Both the position numbers and the translations under genes were made by a program. DNA of 46,452 nucleotides from Oscillospiraceae bacterium UBA3851 (GTDB lineage: Bacteria; Bacillota; Clostridia; Oscillospirales; Oscillospiraceae): positions 1 to 46,452 of the forward strand of contig DGHJ01000001.1 in assembly GCA_002392625.1 (NCBI GenBank), given 5' to 3'. Within the stretch, counting starts at the first letter, position 1. Every line of letters starts with the position of its first letter. The notes below the pieces were generated by a model, which was not told where the DNA came from, searched no databases, and saw only the letters and a program-made list of their open reading frames with translations. Shown piece after piece: positions 26,356-35,305 of this stretch.

Positions 26356-27093
26356 ATGAGCGAAAAAGTCATTGCCATACAACTGAAGAACGTGAGAAAG
26401 ACCTTCCGGCTCTTTCCCAACGACAAGGCCCGGCTCAAGGGCATGCTGCTCCAGCGCGCCGGCGTAGGGGAGAAGCGGGCCATCGAGGATATCTCGATGA
26501 CTATCTACCGGGGGGAGTCGGTGGCCCTGTTCGGCCGCAATGGCGCCGGCAAATCTACCTTGCTGAAGATGATCACCGGCGTCACCTATCCTACCGACGG
26601 CTACATCCGCGTCAACGGCCGTGTCAGCGCCCTGCTGGAGCTGACCGCCGGCTTCGACCCCGGTCTTACCGGACGGGAGAACATCTACCTGCTGGGCGAG
26701 ATTTTGGGCGTTGGCAAGGAGGAGATCCGCCAGCTGGAGGGGGAGATCATCGCCTTCGCCGAGCTGGATCAGTACATCGACCAGCCCGTTCGCACCTATT
26801 CCAGCGGCATGAAGGCGCGGCTGGGCTTCGCCATCAACGCCAGCATCCGGCCGGAGATCCTCATCGTGGACGAGGCTCTCAGCGTGGGCGACGCCAACTT
26901 CCGGCGCAAGTGCCGGGCCAAGGTGGACGAGGTTCTGAAAACCGGCGCCACCTTCCTGTTCGTGACCCACTCCCTGCCGGAGGCCAAGCGCCTGTGCAAG
27001 CGAGGCGTGGTGCTGGCCCAGGGACGCGTCCAGTTTGACGGGCCTGTGGCTGAGGCCGCCGCGTTTTACGAGAAAATGCTGGACAAGGAATGA
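26356..27093 (+). CDS. tagH: ABC polysaccharide/teichoic acid exporter ATP-binding subunit (TagH/Wzt)
   Basis: GRNGAGKST, LTGREN, YSSGMKARLGFA, VDEALSVGD. Confidence 0.9.
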   Translation: MSEKVIAIQLKNVRKTFRLFPNDKARLKGMLLQRAGVGEKRAIEDISMTIYRGESVALFGRNGAGKSTLLKMITGVTYPTDGYIRVNGRVSALLELTAGFDPGLTGRENIYLLGEILGVGKEEIRQLEGEIIAFAELDQYIDQPVRTYSSGMKARLGFAINASIRPEILIVDEALSVGDANFRRKCRAKVDEVLKTGATFLFVTHSLPEAKRLCKRGVVLAQGRVQFDGPVAEAAAFYEKMLDKE

Positions 27094-27097
27094 GACC

Positions 27098-28243
27098 ATG
27101 AAAACCACCATCCTCTGCGCGATCATCCACGTGGGAACCTGGGTCCTGCAGGCGCTGTATGCGCTGATGAAGCTCGCACCGGTGAAAGACCAGGTGTGCT
27201 TCTTCAGCCGTCAGGGCGACGAGCCCTCCATCGACTTTCAGATGCTGATGGCCGAGCTGCGTGCCACGGCGCCGGAGTTGGAGCAGGTGACCATGTGCCA
27301 TCAGTTCCGCACAGGGCGGGACAGATTTATCACCTTCGCCCTGGACCAGCTGCGCAGCATGCGATGGCTGGCCACGTCGCGGGCCTGCATCATTGACGGC
27401 TATTGGCCCGTGGTGTCTCTGCTGCGCCACCGGAAGGAGCTGACCGTTGTGCAGATCTGGCACTCGGTGGGCAAGATCAAAAAGTCCGGCTACCAGACGC
27501 TGGACACGCCCTCCGGCCGCAACGGCAAGCTGGCCCGCGCCCTGAAAATGCACCGGAATTACACCTACATCATCTCCGGTGGTACCGCCTGGACACCCTA
27601 TTACCTGGCTTCCTTCGACACCACGCCGGAGCATCTGCGCCACTACGGCCTGCCCCGGCTGGACTGGCTGCTGCAGCAGGTCGACCTGCGCCCCGGCTTT
27701 GAGGAGAAGTACCCGGAGCTGAAGGGCAAGACCGTCGTGCTGTATGCCCCCACCTACCGCACCTACGACATCAACCCCCAGGACGAGCTGCTGCCCCTGT
27801 TCCAGGGGGACAAGTACGCCCTGGTCTGCCGCTTCCACCCCAACCAGAAGTTTGCCGCAGCCCTGCCGGAGAGCGTGACGCGGTACGAGGCCGGGGACAC
27901 CTTCGAGTGGATGTCCTGCTGCGATATTGTCATCACCGACTATTCGTCCCTCTCCCTGGAGGCGGCGGTGCTGGATAAGAAGATCTATTACTACCTCTTT
28001 GACCACGACCGGTATCTCCGGGACAACGGACTGAACGTAGACCCGGCGGAGATCATGCCCCACTGCGCCTTTGAAAAGGCGGCGGACCTGTTCGCCGCCA
28101 TCGACAGCGGCGTCTATCCCGACGGCGAGCTGGAGAGCTTCCGGCGGGGCTATCTGCCGGAGGAGCTGGGCAGCTCCACAAAAAACATCGCCGCGCTCAT
28201 CACCGGCGCGGACGAAACGGAAAAGGAATTGGAACTGGTATGA
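27098..28243 (+). CDS. CDP-glycerol glycerophosphotransferase family protein (TagB/TagF-like)
   Basis: QIWHSVG..KKSG, GLPRLD, LYAPTYR, HP, ITDYSS. Confidence 0.9.
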   Translation: MKTTILCAIIHVGTWVLQALYALMKLAPVKDQVCFFSRQGDEPSIDFQMLMAELRATAPELEQVTMCHQFRTGRDRFITFALDQLRSMRWLATSRACIIDGYWPVVSLLRHRKELTVVQIWHSVGKIKKSGYQTLDTPSGRNGKLARALKMHRNYTYIISGGTAWTPYYLASFDTTPEHLRHYGLPRLDWLLQQVDLRPGFEEKYPELKGKTVVLYAPTYRTYDINPQDELLPLFQGDKYALVCRFHPNQKFAAALPESVTRYEAGDTFEWMSCCDIVITDYSSLSLEAAVLDKKIYYYLFDHDRYLRDNGLNVDPAEIMPHCAFEKAADLFAAIDSGVYPDGELESFRRGYLPEELGSSTKNIAALITGADETEKELELV

Positions 28244-28854
28244 GATATGTCATCATGGCTGACGGCGACATGAAGCGCTGGCACACCCAGAGCCATATCC
28301 CCAAGCACCTGCTCTCCGTGGGCGGCGAGACGCTGCTCTCGCGGCTGGTGCGGCAGCTCCGCGCATGTGACGGCGGGGCGGAGGTGTTCATCACCTCCCA
28401 CAATCCTGCCTACGAGGTGCCCGGTGCCGTGCGGTACGAGCCGCAGGAAAATCATCTGGAGATCGACCGCTTCACCCGCGAGCTGATCTGCGACGACGTG
28501 TGCTTCCTTTACGGCGACACCTGCTATACCGATGAGGCCGTGGTGTACATCACCGGGAAAAAGACCGACGCCCTCTGGTTCGTGGGCAGCCAGAGGTCCA
28601 TCGTGGCAGTGATCGCCCACGACGGCGCGCTGCTGCAAAACCACGTAAACCGGGCCAGGGATGCCTTTCTGGCCGGGCAGATCACCGACTGCCGGGGCTG
28701 GCAGGTCTACCAGTCCTACGCCGGGCTGCCCTTCGGCCCGCCTGCCATCGGCCCGGCCTTCACCCGGCTGACCGACGGCACCTGCGGGTTCAACACCTGG
28801 CAGGAATACGAGGAATTTCTGGAGAAAAGGGGAGAGGCCTGTGGACGCCTTTGA
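28240..28854 (+). CDS. Nucleotidyltransferase (NTP_transf / LicC-like)
   Basis: VIMADG..KRW.....PKHLL.V.GE.LL.R.VRQL and FLYGD. Confidence 0.7.
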   Translation: MRYVIMADGDMKRWHTQSHIPKHLLSVGGETLLSRLVRQLRACDGGAEVFITSHNPAYEVPGAVRYEPQENHLEIDRFTRELICDDVCFLYGDTCYTDEAVVYITGKKTDALWFVGSQRSIVAVIAHDGALLQNHVNRARDAFLAGQITDCRGWQVYQSYAGLPFGPPAIGPAFTRLTDGTCGFNTWQEYEEFLEKRGEACGRL

Positions 28855-29896
28855 GCTGTACCGCCGCGGCGAGCAGAAGCTGAAGCTGTTCGTGCTGTAC
28901 TGGCGGCGCATCGTGTTTGCCAGGGATCACTTCAAGGTCCCGTTTTATAACAAGATCAAGGCCAATGTGTTCGGCGGCTTCCTGGCCGACCAGTGGGCCC
29001 TGTACGATCTGAACATGAAGAAGAAACGGGAGTACCTGTCTGAGTTCGACTGGTACCGCTCCCGCTACATCAACGAGCCCTTCGACTACATGCTCAACAA
29101 CAAGGTGGTGGCTACCGAGGTGCTGCGCCAGTACATCCGTGTGCCGGAGCTTTACCTGGTGGACAGCAAGGGCTTCCTGGCCGACCTGGACGGAAGGCCC
29201 ATCACCGTGGACGACGCCATGGCCCTGATCCGGGCCAAGGGCGACGCCATTCTGAAGCCCTTCGGAAAGGGCAAGGGCAACGGCGTCCACCGCATGGGCC
29301 ACGACGGCGAGAGCTGGCTGCTGGACAGCAAACCGGCGGAGGAGACCGGGCTGCGCCGGATCCTGGAAAAGGAGCACGACTGGTATCTCTCCGAGACCGT
29401 TCGCCAGCACGCATATGCCGACCGGCTCTATGACAAAACCGTCAACACCATCCGCATCATCACCATGAAGGAGCCTTCCACCGGGCAGTTCAAGGTCTTC
29501 TTCGCCGTGCAGCGGGTGGGCACCAGCGCCACCGTACCAGTGGACAACGCCAGCCAGGGCGGCCTGGTGTGCAAGATTGACCTGGACACCGGCCGGCTCA
29601 GCCACGCCAAAAGCCTCCACAACAGCAATACCTACGAAAATCACCCGGATTCCGGCACACGCTTCGACGAGGTGGTCGTGCCCGACTGGCAGCAGCTCAA
29701 GGACGAGATCCTCGCTCTGGTCAGCCATTTCCCCTACCTCCACTTCGTGGCCTGGGACGTGGTGAAGCTGCCCGACGGCACCAACTGCATCATCGAGGCC
29801 AACACCTCCTCCGGCGTCAACATCATCCAGCTCTGGGGCGGCCAGCGCCGCGGTGAGCTGGGCGATTTCTACCGCCACTACGGCGTCATCAAATAG
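28841..29896 (+). CDS. Sugar-transfer-associated ATP-grasp protein (single domain)
   Basis: LNNK, ILKP.GKG.G.G, VNTIRIIT, VDNASQGG, HPDSG, VPDW, VAWDV, IIEAN. Confidence 0.85.
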   Translation: MDAFELYRRGEQKLKLFVLYWRRIVFARDHFKVPFYNKIKANVFGGFLADQWALYDLNMKKKREYLSEFDWYRSRYINEPFDYMLNNKVVATEVLRQYIRVPELYLVDSKGFLADLDGRPITVDDAMALIRAKGDAILKPFGKGKGNGVHRMGHDGESWLLDSKPAEETGLRRILEKEHDWYLSETVRQHAYADRLYDKTVNTIRIITMKEPSTGQFKVFFAVQRVGTSATVPVDNASQGGLVCKIDLDTGRLSHAKSLHNSNTYENHPDSGTRFDEVVVPDWQQLKDEILALVSHFPYLHFVAWDVVKLPDGTNCIIEANTSSGVNIIQLWGGQRRGELGDFYRHYGVIK

Positions 29897-29951
29897 TAAG
29901 AACAAATAAAATCAATATAGACAGCACAAAGTAAGGGAGTGGGAGCACAGT

Positions 29952-32117
29952 ATGAAGCTGAAGCGAAGGATCCGCAAGGAGTGTACCGTTTTGCCCATGA
30001 TGCTGCGGGGTTACAGCCGCGCCATGTGCAACTCCTGGTATAAGGCCACGCGCAGCGATCTGCGCAAATACCGGGGCATGTACGATGAGGACACCATCAA
30101 GGCACTGCATAAGAAGGGCTATCTCTGCCGCAGCGTCAGCCGCTACGACCTGCTGAACCATCCGGACAGTGGGTATATCACCGATCTGGATTACATGAAC
30201 CTGTCGCCCTATAACAGCTCCATGTCCAAGTGGGTCAGCGACATCCTGACCACGGAGCGGGTACTGGCCCCCTACGGGCGCTTCTTCCGCCGAATCTATT
30301 TCAGCGTCATCCGGCGCGACGGCAAGCCCCTGTTCCTGCGGGTGGACCGGGAGAACCGGGAATACACCGTGGACGACGTGATCCAGCTGCTGCGGGAGAC
30401 GGGGCATCTGGAGGCCCGGCCCGCCTACTGGGAGAGCGAGAGCCCCCGGTATAACATGACGTGCATCGGCGGCCGGCTGTATATCAACGGCAAGTCCGCT
30501 ACCAGGAACGATTTCGTCCGGATATTCGGCCACATGACAGCCAACTACGTCATCGCCGACTACGTGAACCTCAGCTATCACTTTACCCCGGAGCTCAGCA
30601 CGGATCACTCCCTGGAGTTCTGGCTGGCCAACGACACCGAGCAGGGCAGCGCCATCCTCTCGGCCATGATGAACTTTTACTGGACAGACCCCGTGACCCG
30701 GAAGCGCATCCACGAGATCATGAGCGTGGATCTGGAGACGGGCAGCTTTGAAGCACGCCAGGGAACGCTGTCTGTGCCGGGCTGGCAGGGCGTCAAAAGG
30801 CAGATGCTGGAGATCTGCGGCCAGCTCAAGCAGCTGACGTATTTCTCCGCCTCCATCGCCCTGCAGGAGAACGGAGCCTTCTCTTTCCTGTACTTTTCCA
30901 CCAAGCCCTTGCTGCCCGGCATTGCCTTCCACGCCGAGCTGAACGACTACCTGAAGGCCAAGGCCGCCAGGCTCTCCAAGCGAACGCTGAGGCAGCACTG
31001 GGAGGGCATGAAGGAGCGGCTCTTCAACCGCTGGGTGAAGAAGCACGGCCGCAAGGGCATCCGCCCGTATATGCAGAAGCTGTGGAACGACTCCGTCAAG
31101 AGCGACCTGTGGCACACCAAGGGCGTCTCCCTGGGTAAGAAGCTCTGGTGCTGGAAGCGGGGCTTCCTGTCCTACCGCAGCTACCAGTACGGCCTCACCG
31201 AGGAGAACTACAAAAACTTCCTCTCCGACTACGACTACCACTGGCTCAACCGCATCAACAACGACTATCAGAAGTGGGTCAACGACAAGACCACCTTCCG
31301 CTATATCCTCGAGCCCTTCAAGGCGTACATCCCCAAATACTACCTGTCCGTCTTCAAGCGGGACGGCAAGGTGGCGTTCAGCCGCATGTGGGACTGCCCC
31401 GAGGGCATCAGCGAGGACTTTGATGGTCTCTTCGCCCTGCTGCGCCGGGAGAAGATGCTGGCCTTCAAGCCCTCCGCCGGTACCCACGGCGACGGCTTCT
31501 ACTGCCTGGCCTATGAGACCGACGAAAACGGCAACGGCACCTACCTCATGAACGGCAAGGCCGTTACCGAGCAGGAGATGATGGACACCATCATCCAGCG
31601 CAAGTCCTTCTACGTGGTCACCGAGTATCTGGAGATGCACCACCAGCTCAAGGAGATCTACGCCAAGAGCGTCAACACCATCCGCATCATGGTGGTCAAC
31701 GCCCACGGCTACGACCCCAGGATCATGCAGACCTACATGCGCATCGGCTCCTCCCGCACCGGCTTTACCGACAACGTGGGCTACGGCGGCATCTGCGTCA
31801 TGGTGGACAAGGAGACCGGCGAGCTCTATCAGCCCGAGACCATCAAGGATCACGTCTTCTACCCCTGTCCCAACCACCCCGACACCGGCACCCCCATCGC
31901 CGGCTTCCTGCCCCACTGGGATATGGTGCGCCAGGGCGTGCTGGACATCTGCCGCTACCTCTGCGAGCTGGAGTATCTGGGCTTTGACGTGGCCATCACC
32001 GAGGAGGGCTTTACCATTCTCGAAATCAACATCCATCAGGATCTGCACAAGGTGGCCACCTTTACCGACGAAATGAACGAGTTTTTCCGCCACGTCATCG
32101 AGCGGAAAAAGAGCTGA
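29952..32117 (+). CDS. Tandem sugar-transfer-associated ATP-grasp protein (N-terminal copy degenerate)
   Basis: C-half: NDK, FKPSAGTHGDGF, SVNTIRIM, TDNVGYGG, HPDTG, LGFDVAIT...ILEIN. N-half is colinear but lacks these motifs. Confidence 0.85.
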   Translation: MKLKRRIRKECTVLPMMLRGYSRAMCNSWYKATRSDLRKYRGMYDEDTIKALHKKGYLCRSVSRYDLLNHPDSGYITDLDYMNLSPYNSSMSKWVSDILTTERVLAPYGRFFRRIYFSVIRRDGKPLFLRVDRENREYTVDDVIQLLRETGHLEARPAYWESESPRYNMTCIGGRLYINGKSATRNDFVRIFGHMTANYVIADYVNLSYHFTPELSTDHSLEFWLANDTEQGSAILSAMMNFYWTDPVTRKRIHEIMSVDLETGSFEARQGTLSVPGWQGVKRQMLEICGQLKQLTYFSASIALQENGAFSFLYFSTKPLLPGIAFHAELNDYLKAKAARLSKRTLRQHWEGMKERLFNRWVKKHGRKGIRPYMQKLWNDSVKSDLWHTKGVSLGKKLWCWKRGFLSYRSYQYGLTEENYKNFLSDYDYHWLNRINNDYQKWVNDKTTFRYILEPFKAYIPKYYLSVFKRDGKVAFSRMWDCPEGISEDFDGLFALLRREKMLAFKPSAGTHGDGFYCLAYETDENGNGTYLMNGKAVTEQEMMDTIIQRKSFYVVTEYLEMHHQLKEIYAKSVNTIRIMVVNAHGYDPRIMQTYMRIGSSRTGFTDNVGYGGICVMVDKETGELYQPETIKDHVFYPCPNHPDTGTPIAGFLPHWDMVRQGVLDICRYLCELEYLGFDVAITEEGFTILEINIHQDLHKVATFTDEMNEFFRHVIERKKS

Positions 32118-32137
32118 AAAAAACAGGAGGTTTTACC

Positions 32138-33304
32138 ATGAAGTTAGGTGTACTGAAAGACATCAAGAAGGGCGAATACCGCGTGATCCTCACCCCGGGC
32201 GAGGTGTCCGGCATCGTGGAGGACGGCCATGAGGTGCTGGTGGAGCATGACGCCGGCAAGTCCGCCGGCTTCCCGGACGAGGCCTATGTGGAGGTAGGCG
32301 CAGCCATCTCCACCCAGGACGAGATCTACAACACCTGCGACATGGTGGTGAAGGTCAAGGAGATCGAGCCCTCCGAGTACGACAAGCTCCGCCCGGGCCA
32401 GATCGTCTATACCTGCATCCATCCCGCCGCCCACCGGCAGGAGGTGGACGCCCTGCTGGCCAAGAAGGTCACCTCCTTCGCCGCCGAGGATACCCACCGC
32501 CACGGCTCCCCCAACTGCGAGGCAGCCGGCAAGGCCGGCGTGCTGCTGGGACTCCACGCCATGATGACCTTCAACGGCGGCTGCGGCAAGTTCGTCAGCG
32601 GCCTGGGCACCGCCCCCGGCATCAAGGTGTTGATCCTGGGCTGCGGCATCGTGGGTAAGGCCGCCATCGAGGTATTGCAGTCCATGGGCGCATGGGTCAC
32701 CGTGGCAGCCACCAACATCGGACATCTCCGGGCCATTAGCTCCAAGTATGACGGCAAGGTCAACACCATCATTTCCAACACCTACAACATCAAGAACATC
32801 CTGCCCAAGGTGGACATGGTGGTCAACTGCGTCCGCTGGGACAAGAGCAACACCAAGTTCCTCATCACCCGGGATATGGTCAAGACCATGCACCCCGGCT
32901 CCGTCATCGTGGACATCAGCAACGACTACGGCGTCATCGAGACCTTCCACGAGACCACCCTGGACGATCCCATCTATATCGAGGAGGGCGTGGTCCACTA
33001 CTGCGTCAGCAATATCCCCAGCGCCATTGCCCGCACCACCTCCATCGCCTACGCCGCCTCTGTGGAAAAGCACATCCGCAGCATCCTCAACAACGGCGTG
33101 GCCGAGGCCTGCGCCCGTGACGGCTTCCTGCGCCGCGGTCTGGTCACCTATGACGGCTACCTCACCCACGAGGAGACCAGCCAGATCCAGAACCGCCCCT
33201 GGGTCCAGCCGGAGAAGATCCTCCATCTGGAGGGCAGAAAGCTGGATCCGGCACCCAAGAACACCGTGGCCGAGTCCAACAACTTCTATCCGGAGTTCTG
33301 CTGA
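32138..33304 (+). CDS. Alanine dehydrogenase-like enzyme (AlaDH/PNT family)
   Basis: KDIKKGEYRV.LTP, VKVKE, IHPAA, GCGIVG (NAD-binding), VIVDIS, HYCVSNIP.A.ARTTS. Confidence 0.85.
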   Translation: MKLGVLKDIKKGEYRVILTPGEVSGIVEDGHEVLVEHDAGKSAGFPDEAYVEVGAAISTQDEIYNTCDMVVKVKEIEPSEYDKLRPGQIVYTCIHPAAHRQEVDALLAKKVTSFAAEDTHRHGSPNCEAAGKAGVLLGLHAMMTFNGGCGKFVSGLGTAPGIKVLILGCGIVGKAAIEVLQSMGAWVTVAATNIGHLRAISSKYDGKVNTIISNTYNIKNILPKVDMVVNCVRWDKSNTKFLITRDMVKTMHPGSVIVDISNDYGVIETFHETTLDDPIYIEEGVVHYCVSNIPSAIARTTSIAYAASVEKHIRSILNNGVAEACARDGFLRRGLVTYDGYLTHEETSQIQNRPWVQPEKILHLEGRKLDPAPKNTVAESNNFYPEFC

Positions 33305-33324
33305 CATAGGACGGAGGAGAACAC

Positions 33325-35280
33325 ATGATGCGAATCAGCGGTGAAGATTATATCAGAAACCTGACCCTGGGCGAGCTGTGCAGCGTGGTGGGGATCCCCC
33401 TGCCCGAGGGACTGGACGCCAAGACGCCCATCAACAAGGTCTACGCCCACCCGGAGCACAGCGAAAAGGGCTCCGCCGTGTTCGTGACCTACTATGAGGC
33501 CGAGCAGTTTCACTGCCGCGACGCCCTGAAGAAGGGCGCCGCCGTTGTGTTCGTGCACGAGGCGTGCAAGGCCGTCTGGCCCAATGACAAGCGCGTCGTG
33601 GCCGTGGATGACCCCATCGAGCGCTGCAGCAAGTATCTGGCCAAGCTGCGTTCCCTGTTCCCTGCCAAGGTAGTGACCGTCACCGGCAGCATCGGCAAGA
33701 CCACCACTGTGGACATGCTCAAGTGCGTGCTGGGCGACGCCTTCAAGCTCCACAGCCATCACAGTATGACCAACAGCCGCGACGGCGTGCTGCGCACCAT
33801 CCAGCGTCTCCATGATGACGATGAGGTCTATCTGCAGGAGGTGGGTGCGGCCCAGCCCGGCTACGTGGAGAGCAGCGCCCTTGGCCTGAAGCCCGACGTG
33901 GTGGTCATCACCAACATCTCCGAGCCGCATATCGACCTGTATGGCTCCATTGAGAATATCCTGAAGGACAAGGCGTCCCTGGTGGAGCACATGGCCCCCG
34001 GCGGCGTGGCCTTTGTGGACAGCGACAACCGCTACCTGCACGACTACGTGACGGACCGCACCGTAAAGCACTATGCCATGGACGACGCCGAGGCCGATTA
34101 CCGCGCCGAGAACGTGGAGAGCCGGGACGGCTGGATCCACTTTGACATCTGCCGCAGAAATTCCGCCCAGCGCCAAAGCGCCGCCATCCAGATCTTCGGC
34201 GAGTACAACGTGCGCAACGCCCTGGCCGCCTTTGCCGTGGGCCGCCACCTGGGCATCGACGCTGAGCAGATCGTCCAATCTTTGGAGAAGTTCCGCGCCA
34301 CCGGCATGCGCCAGAATTACGTGACGATCGGCGGCTATCACATGCTGGTGGACTGCTTCAATTCTTCGCCGGACTCCGTCATCGGCTCCCTGCAGGCACT
34401 GGAGACCATCTCCGTGCCGGAGGGCGGACGGCGCATCGCCATATTGGGTGACATCGCCCACATGGAGGGCATCGAGGAGGAGGCCTACACCCGTGTAGGC
34501 GCCAACGTGGCCGATTGCCGCTTCGACCTCCTCTACTGCTTCGGCGACGGCATGCGCTATACCTACGAGGAGCTGGTGCGCCGGGGCTTTACCAACGTGC
34601 TCCACACCAGCGACCGGGAGGAGCTGAACCAGTGGATCCGCGACAACGTGACCACCAGAGACGTGACGCTCTACAAGAGCAGCCAGCTGGTGGGCGCCCT
34701 GGCCAAGACCATTGACGCTGTGTACGGCACCACCTTCTATCTCAACAGCCAGCGTGTCCCCACGGCCACCCAGGAGATCGTCAACCGCTATAAGCGGGTG
34801 GGGGATCAGGTGGAGTATAACCGCCTGGTCACCGACAAGGCCTGCGACGTCACCGTGCCCGCCAGCGTATACGGCCGGCCGGTGTACCGTATCTCGCCCA
34901 GCGCCTTCTCCAAGTGCCGCGATCTGCGCCGGGTGGTGCTGCCCGACACCGTGCTGAATATCGGCGCCGCCGCGTTTTACGTGTGCCCCAAGCTCACGGA
35001 GCTGACGCTGTCCAAGAGACTGCGCATGATCGAGGACAGCGCCTTCAACTATTGCACCAGCCTGGAGCGCGTGGAGCTGCCGGACGGCGTCGTCCATGTG
35101 GGCCGCCGCGCCTTTTACGACTGCCAGGCTCTGCGGGAGGTCGTGATCCCCGCGTCTGTGGGCTTCATCGGCGAGGAGGCCTTTGCCAAATGCAGCCCCG
35201 ACCTGGTGATCCGCGTCCAGCCCGGCTCCTATGCCGAGGATTTTTGCAAGGAGAATTCCCTGTCCTATACCGCCCTGTAA
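33325..35280 (+). CDS. MurF-like Mur ligase fused to C-terminal BspA-type leucine-rich repeats
   Basis: VTGSIGKTTT, TNISEPHI..YGS, YNVRNALAA, DCFNSSPDS, ILGDI; then I...AF..C..L..V.LP repeats. Confidence 0.85.
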   Translation: MMRISGEDYIRNLTLGELCSVVGIPLPEGLDAKTPINKVYAHPEHSEKGSAVFVTYYEAEQFHCRDALKKGAAVVFVHEACKAVWPNDKRVVAVDDPIERCSKYLAKLRSLFPAKVVTVTGSIGKTTTVDMLKCVLGDAFKLHSHHSMTNSRDGVLRTIQRLHDDDEVYLQEVGAAQPGYVESSALGLKPDVVVITNISEPHIDLYGSIENILKDKASLVEHMAPGGVAFVDSDNRYLHDYVTDRTVKHYAMDDAEADYRAENVESRDGWIHFDICRRNSAQRQSAAIQIFGEYNVRNALAAFAVGRHLGIDAEQIVQSLEKFRATGMRQNYVTIGGYHMLVDCFNSSPDSVIGSLQALETISVPEGGRRIAILGDIAHMEGIEEEAYTRVGANVADCRFDLLYCFGDGMRYTYEELVRRGFTNVLHTSDREELNQWIRDNVTTRDVTLYKSSQLVGALAKTIDAVYGTTFYLNSQRVPTATQEIVNRYKRVGDQVEYNRLVTDKACDVTVPASVYGRPVYRISPSAFSKCRDLRRVVLPDTVLNIGAAAFYVCPKLTELTLSKRLRMIEDSAFNYCTSLERVELPDGVVHVGRRAFYDCQALREVVIPASVGFIGEEAFAKCSPDLVIRVQPGSYAEDFCKENSLSYTAL

Positions 35281-35305
35281 CGGGGGACAGCCGAAAGACA
35301 TTTCC

